This document shows, one piece after another, positions 34,701 through 38,732 of a stretch of DNA of 38,732 nucleotides. The translations under genes and the position numbers were made by a program. The notes under the pieces are model-generated. The model did no database searches. It was not told where the DNA came from and saw only the letters and a list, made by a program, of their open reading frames with translations. The first letter of the stretch is position 1; each line of letters opens with the position of its first letter. The DNA is from Paraspadella gotoi. Its lineage: Eukaryota; Animalia; Chaetognatha. The stretch lies in assembly GCA_051294375.1 (NCBI GenBank), contig JBJCIZ010000022.1:1-38732 (forward strand). Reading direction: 5' to 3'.

Positions 34701-37700
34701 AACATTCTCATCTCGGCATCTCTGCAGAAGGTCTCGGAGCCTTTGTGCCATATCCTCTGGTGATTTGGCTGTGAGAATGAGGTCATCCACATATACGAGG
34801 AAACTTTTGATGTCTGTTCCCAAATCGTGAAAAATTTCATCTAAGATAGCCTGGAGTACATTCACGCTGTTCACTCCTCCCATTGGTAGCTTATTCATCC
34901 ACCAGTTGTGACCTGCACCGGCAAAGGTTGTGACTGGTTTGCAGCGTTCGGTCAGGTTGACCTGGTGAAAACATGCCAAGATATCGACAGAACACTGGAG
35001 CTCATGAGGTTTATATTGTTCCAGGATTGAGGCAATCGTTTGTGGTTCGGTTGCATATGTTGATATGTTGTTGTTGACAGCCGAAAGGTCACAAATGAGG
35101 CGCCATTGCTTGGCAAAGGTTTCGTCATTCATCTCATCTTGTCCTTCGGCAATGTGACCAGGTTTTTTTATAAGAAAAGCGTTGGAATAAGCTTCATTCC
35201 TTGTGCTGGATACGATGCCTGCCTTTTCGTATACCTCGAGATATCTTTTCAATGCAGCCTTCTTAACTGGGCCTTGGTTGGCGAATCTTGGCTTGGGCAA
35301 GTCGTCAGTGGTGTATCCAAGGTCTACCTTATAATTAAGGAAACCTTCCTTGCAGTCGTTTATTGACTCTCCAAAGACGTCACGGAATTCCCACACAACT
35401 TCCCAAACCAGTTGTGCTTTATCCTGGAGAGACGGGTCGACGTCTTTAAAGGGTTTCAGGAATTCCTCTTTTCCTCGGCCATCATGTTTTTGGCGTCTTT
35501 TTTGTCGGGCATCTTCGACTGCTTTTATTTCCTCCTCAGTTGGCTGATGATGTACAATTGTTGTTGGCGGAATATTGTCCTTCCTTACTTTCCTGATAGT
35601 TGGCTTTTCGCTGGTTAAATCTGCCTCGACCGGTTCTGCTGTGGAACTGGTTTCTAGGCCCAGCTCGGCTTTTGCCTCATTTGTGATCAAAGGTCTCGCA
35701 GTGCCCCAGGGTCCTGGGTTCGTTTCAAACTCAAGGCCCTCCCTAAGTTGATCTCCATCTGAGATGTGTGCCTTCTCACCATCAGTGGATTCGATTATCC
35801 ACCTTGTGCCAGAGAGAGTTTTCCAGTAGGGTTTGGTCGCGGTTAACCTGATCTTGCCATCTGTGTCCTGTTCGGCATGAATTGGAACTATTGTATGTTC
35901 GTCAACGTTTCCTCGGGCCAGCCATCTGGCTGCTTTTAAAGCCTCGTACTTGTCTCGGAACAAGTGGGTAATGGGTTTGTTTCCCATAGATGCGATCTGT
36001 AGATCGTTCCTTTGGTTGGATGGTTGGACCACCCATAGTTGGTCTGGGGGTCCAGGATTAGTGATCGCTGTTCCAATAACGACGTCCTGATCGTCTTCAT
36101 CCGCAGAGACGTAGAATACTGTTTTTAGGACCCATTTTTGAAACATTATCCTTAAGTTTATCCTTTCAGTGAGGGTGACAGTTCCTGTGGCCGTGGACAA
36201 TCTCAGTGGGGAGCCGTGATAGATTTTTTCTGATAATGCCCATCTTTCAATGAACTTTCGTGGGACGGTGTTGATGGACGCTCCTGTGTCATACAGGCAG
36301 CTGGCCGGCGCTCCGGCGATAACAGCTGGTATGTAGCTGTTCTTTCCAGAGTGACAAGCTTTTGAGGTATCATCTCTGGGCTCAGGTCCCTGGTTTCCCT
36401 TGATGATGTTTGTGATGTCCATTGGCAGAGATGGCATGTCTCTCTCGTCTTTGGTTGTATCAGGCGTTGGTTTTGGGGGCAAGAAAATTTCAGGTTGGTG
36501 GCATTCCAGTTCCACTCGCCTGATGGTTGCCTGGTGAAGTGATTCACCAGTTTGTTCTCCGGTGATGATTTCGTAGGTTGGGTTGTTTTTATCACCAGCT
36601 GGTCGGAGCTTTCTGAGAGATGGTCTTCCATTTCGTTTGGCTGGGTTGGGTCTGCTCCTTTGTTTGGGCTGGGTCATTGCCTTTTCTGGTGCCGGGGGCT
36701 GGGTATTGGGCTCTGGGTTTTTGCTGCCCTCAGCTCGGCTTGCCCTCCTGACTAACTTTGCGCAGGCCTTTGATCTTGTAATAATTGCCTTTTTCCCGGC
36801 CTGGTCGGTTTTTGTCCAGCTGGTCCAACCCATTTTGTGAAGGTGTTTGTTGGCGAGGGCGATTTCTTCCATGTCGAGAGGCTTGAAGAGCTTGTACATA
36901 CGGGACGCAGTCGACTTGCCCCTTAATTTGTTGGCGGCATCAGCGAGGTCTTTGACTTTCTCCCTGTTGTCTTGCCTTACTTGCTGCGTGTTTATCTCCA
37001 TTACTTTCTTTCCAAGATTTTGGTAAATCTCTTTAAGCTGTTGGTTAGTTTTTCCTTTCTCGCTCCTTGTGTTTTTATGTTTCCAGCTTGTCGGAGTGAC
37101 TATTGGCTGCTTTCTTTCACTGGTTTTCTCACTTCTTTTATCTTTGTTTATAACGCGAAAGTAGTATGAAGCAGTTTTATTAACATCAAATTCATTGACA
37201 GAGTCGACATCAAGCTCATTGGATATGTCTACCATATCGCGTCTTCTCCCAAATTGTGGGGGTTTTTTTCCTCTCTTTTCCTCGCGCCAGCTTGTTTTTC
37301 TCTCATTTTTCCAGTCGCGGCCTTTTTCGTTTTCCCTTTCGTAATTTCGATTTGGGCTGCGGCGCTCTCGACGTTCATAGCGACGCTCTGGTTGATGCGG
37401 GCGGCGGGTGTTGTCCAACTCCTTCTTTAGCTCCTTAATCTTCTCATTCATATTGTTCATTTCCTGAAGGACCGTTCCTTGGTAAAAGGCAGTGGCACTG
37501 CTGTTGGGATCTTTGTCCATTTGGCCTTTTTGGACGAGAGCATTGATGAGTTTTTCTTTATCATCATCGGATACAGTTTTGACGATTTTTCTGATGGAGC
37601 AGTCGGCCGTTTTCTTTAAGTAACCGCGCAGTTTATACTCGATGGCCTTGCCGAGGCGTCGAGTTTCTCCTCTTTCAAGCATCTGCGTCCACTCCAGCGT

Positions 37701-38678
37701 TTCTGAGGTTATGCCCGGCACATAAGGTTCAAGAGCCTCCACCAGCATTTGAGCAACATAATCTGGAATGGAGGCCCTGTCCTTTTCCCTTACTGCCTCA
37801 AAATTTTCCTTTGCGGCGTTGACAAGGGCGAGTCCGTATTTGGCGTGAATCTGAGGGTTGACCTCAATCTTAGCCTCAGCGAGGGCTTCCGCGATTGTAA
37901 CCGATGATCCTTCGCACAAAGCACGTAGTCCAAGCCACATTGATTGATTTATTGGCTCCAGGTATCTGCTCGCGATTTTATCTCGAGCTAAGAGGGCGCG
38001 CAGCTGCTGGTCAACCTTATCCGGCGCTGGTGAGTCTTTAAAAGCCTCGTAAAAACTGCGAAGAAAGTCCTCTGGTGTTTCGTCATTCCTCCTTTTTTCA
38101 AGCTTGATGGGTTGCTCGACGGGTGTGTAGGAGGGCGGGTCACTCCTCCCACTTTCGGAGGGTGTTTCCTCTGGTGAAGGTCGGTTGGTTTTTGGTGCAG
38201 TTTGGTGAGAGAAGGATTCACGGTGTCGTCCGGCAGCAGTGGCAGCGGCAAGAGCGTCCGGACCGGGGTAGAGGTGGGATGGCGGAGATGCAGTTTGAGG
38301 CAGTTGCGTTAACCGTGTAGTGACGTCACGGTTGTTGTCGCGAGTCATCATGATCTTCATCATTTCGTGGATCTCATCCATCTTGGTACCGAGCTTGGCC
38401 TCGGTGTCGTTGAATCTTTTGTTCATTCTCGCGTAATTCTGATCGTGCTTTAGATTAGCACTATTTATAAGCGTCAGAATTTGGCGAGTTGCTTCTGCTT
38501 GGGCTGTCCCTAATTGGCATTGCTCGAGGAGAGCTCCAGAGAGTTCGAATGTGTGGTAGTCGAGATCTCCATGGTGGCTGCTACCGTCTTCGTTCGTTGC
38601 GGCGCTCATAGGCGGCGCCGCGGCTCCTTTTTTCCACGAGGTCTTGGCCGGGGGAATGGTTGGAGCCGAAGAATCCAT
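31779..38678 (-). CDS. gag-pol: Single-ORF Gag-Pol polyprotein (2299 aa) of a divergent Ty3/Gypsy-order retrotransposon, with extra domains
   Basis: LYDTGAS protease (~36285); WRLICDL, LPMGGVNS and YVDD RT (~34790); ADAS...NPADFLTR RNase H (34330-33965); HYGH...CNNC, SIDV / FDG / AER integrase (32810-32320); YSGPHKV. Frame stays open through two small N gaps. Confidence 0.95.
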   Translation of the reverse strand: MDSSAPTIPPAKTSWKKGAAAPPMSAATNEDGSSHHGDLDYHTFELSGALLEQCQLGTAQAEATRQILTLINSANLKHDQNYARMNKRFNDTEAKLGTKMDEIHEMMKIMMTRDNNRDVTTRLTQLPQTASPPSHLYPGPDALAAATAAGRHRESFSHQTAPKTNRPSPEETPSESGRSDPPSYTPVEQPIKLEKRRNDETPEDFLRSFYEAFKDSPAPDKVDQQLRALLARDKIASRYLEPINQSMWLGLRALCEGSSVTIAEALAEAKIEVNPQIHAKYGLALVNAAKENFEAVREKDRASIPDYVAQMLVEALEPYVPGITSETLEWTQMLERGETRRLGKAIEYKLRGYLKKTADCSIRKIVKTVSDDDKEKLINALVQKGQMDKDPNSSATAFYQGTVLQEMNNMNEKIKELKKELDNTRRPHQPERRYERRERRSPNRNYERENEKGRDWKNERKTSWREEKRGKKPPQFGRRRDMVDISNELDVDSVNEFDVNKTASYYFRVINKDKRSEKTSERKQPIVTPTSWKHKNTRSEKGKTNQQLKEIYQNLGKKVMEINTQQVRQDNREKVKDLADAANKLRGKSTASRMYKLFKPLDMEEIALANKHLHKMGWTSWTKTDQAGKKAIITRSKACAKLVRRASRAEGSKNPEPNTQPPAPEKAMTQPKQRSRPNPAKRNGRPSLRKLRPAGDKNNPTYEIITGEQTGESLHQATIRRVELECHQPEIFLPPKPTPDTTKDERDMPSLPMDITNIIKGNQGPEPRDDTSKACHSGKNSYIPAVIAGAPASCLYDTGASINTVPRKFIERWALSEKIYHGSPLRLSTATGTVTLTERINLRIMFQKWVLKTVFYVSADEDDQDVVIGTAITNPGPPDQLWVVQPSNQRNDLQIASMGNKPITHLFRDKYEALKAARWLARGNVDEHTIVPIHAEQDTDGKIRLTATKPYWKTLSGTRWIIESTDGEKAHISDGDQLREGLEFETNPGPWGTARPLITNEAKAELGLETSSTAEPVEADLTSEKPTIRKVRKDNIPPTTIVHHQPTEEEIKAVEDARQKRRQKHDGRGKEEFLKPFKDVDPSLQDKAQLVWEVVWEFRDVFGESINDCKEGFLNYKVDLGYTTDDLPKPRFANQGPVKKAALKRYLEVYEKAGIVSSTRNEAYSNAFLIKKPGHIAEGQDEMNDETFAKQWRLICDLSAVNNNISTYATEPQTIASILEQYKPHELQCSVDILACFHQVNLTERCKPVTTFAGAGHNWWMNKLPMGGVNSVNVLQAILDEIFHDLGTDIKSFLVYVDDLILTAKSPEDMAQRLRDLLQRCRDENVVLKWTKSVLLRKEDIKILGFSISKGRLLPQKEKLQAVELKLKTLKTQKELRAMLASLNYYRCFTHRFSYIAQPLHALTLLDKKDFKLSEKHIEMIQTLVNEIKACPGLNFLNDARIRNGAYRIYADASTSAMGGLITATADGVEYPLSFHSKSFPEEYRIKHINVLETLAFNMMVRKFKGYTCGRRVXXXXXSQYFKRVMDLQHDRQQMLPTNVLRWVTEIRQECQPKEVVLVKSEDNPADFLTRFTEQGQVTPLDTPFFPAGFDIDGEYEPGFAENPVQDHETPQHLDLVTGHAPTLALIAQTLEEETKLFRTKFFEFVRQRFASIKTNVEKLYGRPKTKDADTFIRTISAKDWSLGHPELEMLSEMIGITIIMMEEDSAREAGCKFERSYGLADHDRQIKIFRTITGQVSLVSDVKPKQPLRPATHHPIQTINVANLRQPERRGRPRKQKATSHHWETLPKDLVCIEMPNASPTPEAPPPPPSPTKHTSVETIQSNWPGADKELMIDSTLEADIDTSESEVAEEAAKPLTREAKLMPMARQVKEWQQGNELFKTVINALQQNDRQAAEKVLNEKMQKRKTLTERYLTNILTDLNVSENGILILEGYKAENPTTKFVIPPEKAEEIVNQLHQHYGHPGRDRTAFIAAQYITAPGLTTAAAKCVRNCNNCAKATDTQKNNETPSAPNLAITPWESLSIDVMHLPSVAGFNYVLVASDNASAYTWAIPLRRADAETIVKALDENIFLQHGSYMEVNFDGATQLNGKAMNSILDLLDTVGRRVLVGRKNSNRAERDIXXXXQALRKAVEDQPRKWLEQLPHLMLLLNATPIIGWKTEMSPHEIQFGHRPRIVEAADDFTKRNLVDFIRKRANKQEQAQTRLANQRTKLYKQSSRGNPYRRPTNIKVGDLVLTRRDLIMAGTSTTENKVKRIYSGPHKVVQRAQVVQRDGNHYASSIAGQNLRYHRRRLKLHAAEK

Positions 38679-38732
38679 TTTTTTGAGGGGCGGCGTGGTC
38701 GTAGTGGATAAGGCTTGGCTCTTCTTTTTGGA

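Noticed and set aside
32034-37438. Plus-strand ORFs antisense to the 2299-aa polyprotein, and similar ones at 25-29.8 kb
   Set aside because: Short shadow frames of a long coding sequence with no independent motifs.

Overview
AT-rich, repeat-dense eukaryotic (probably invertebrate) genomic DNA from a draft assembly, with N gaps and indel-rich stretches. No host gene could be identified with confidence. From left to right: (1) 3' tail of a Ty3/Gypsy element with a putative 3' LTR (1-888, +). (2) A decayed LINE reverse transcriptase split by a 2.06-kb TA-flanked non-autonomous DNA transposon (1.7-5.1 kb). (3) A run of unassigned GC-richer minus-strand ORF remnants ending in a coiled-coil gene (6.5-12.5 kb). 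(4) A ~5.2-kb tandem duplication that may be an assembly artefact (11.6-22.1 kb). (5) A modular satellite/Helentron-like repeat on both sides of a near-complete Gypsy element with a GGGAAAC -1 frameshift signal (22-31 kb). (6) An apparently intact 2299-aa single-ORF gag-pol Gypsy element (31.2-38.7 kb, -). The strongest candidate novelty is in the last element: between RNase H and integrase it carries a ~130-aa segment that by eye follows the OTU deubiquitinase pattern but lacks the catalytic Cys/His, followed by an AT-hook. It also shares an ETS-motif-rich LTR with the otherwise diverged copy at the window start.
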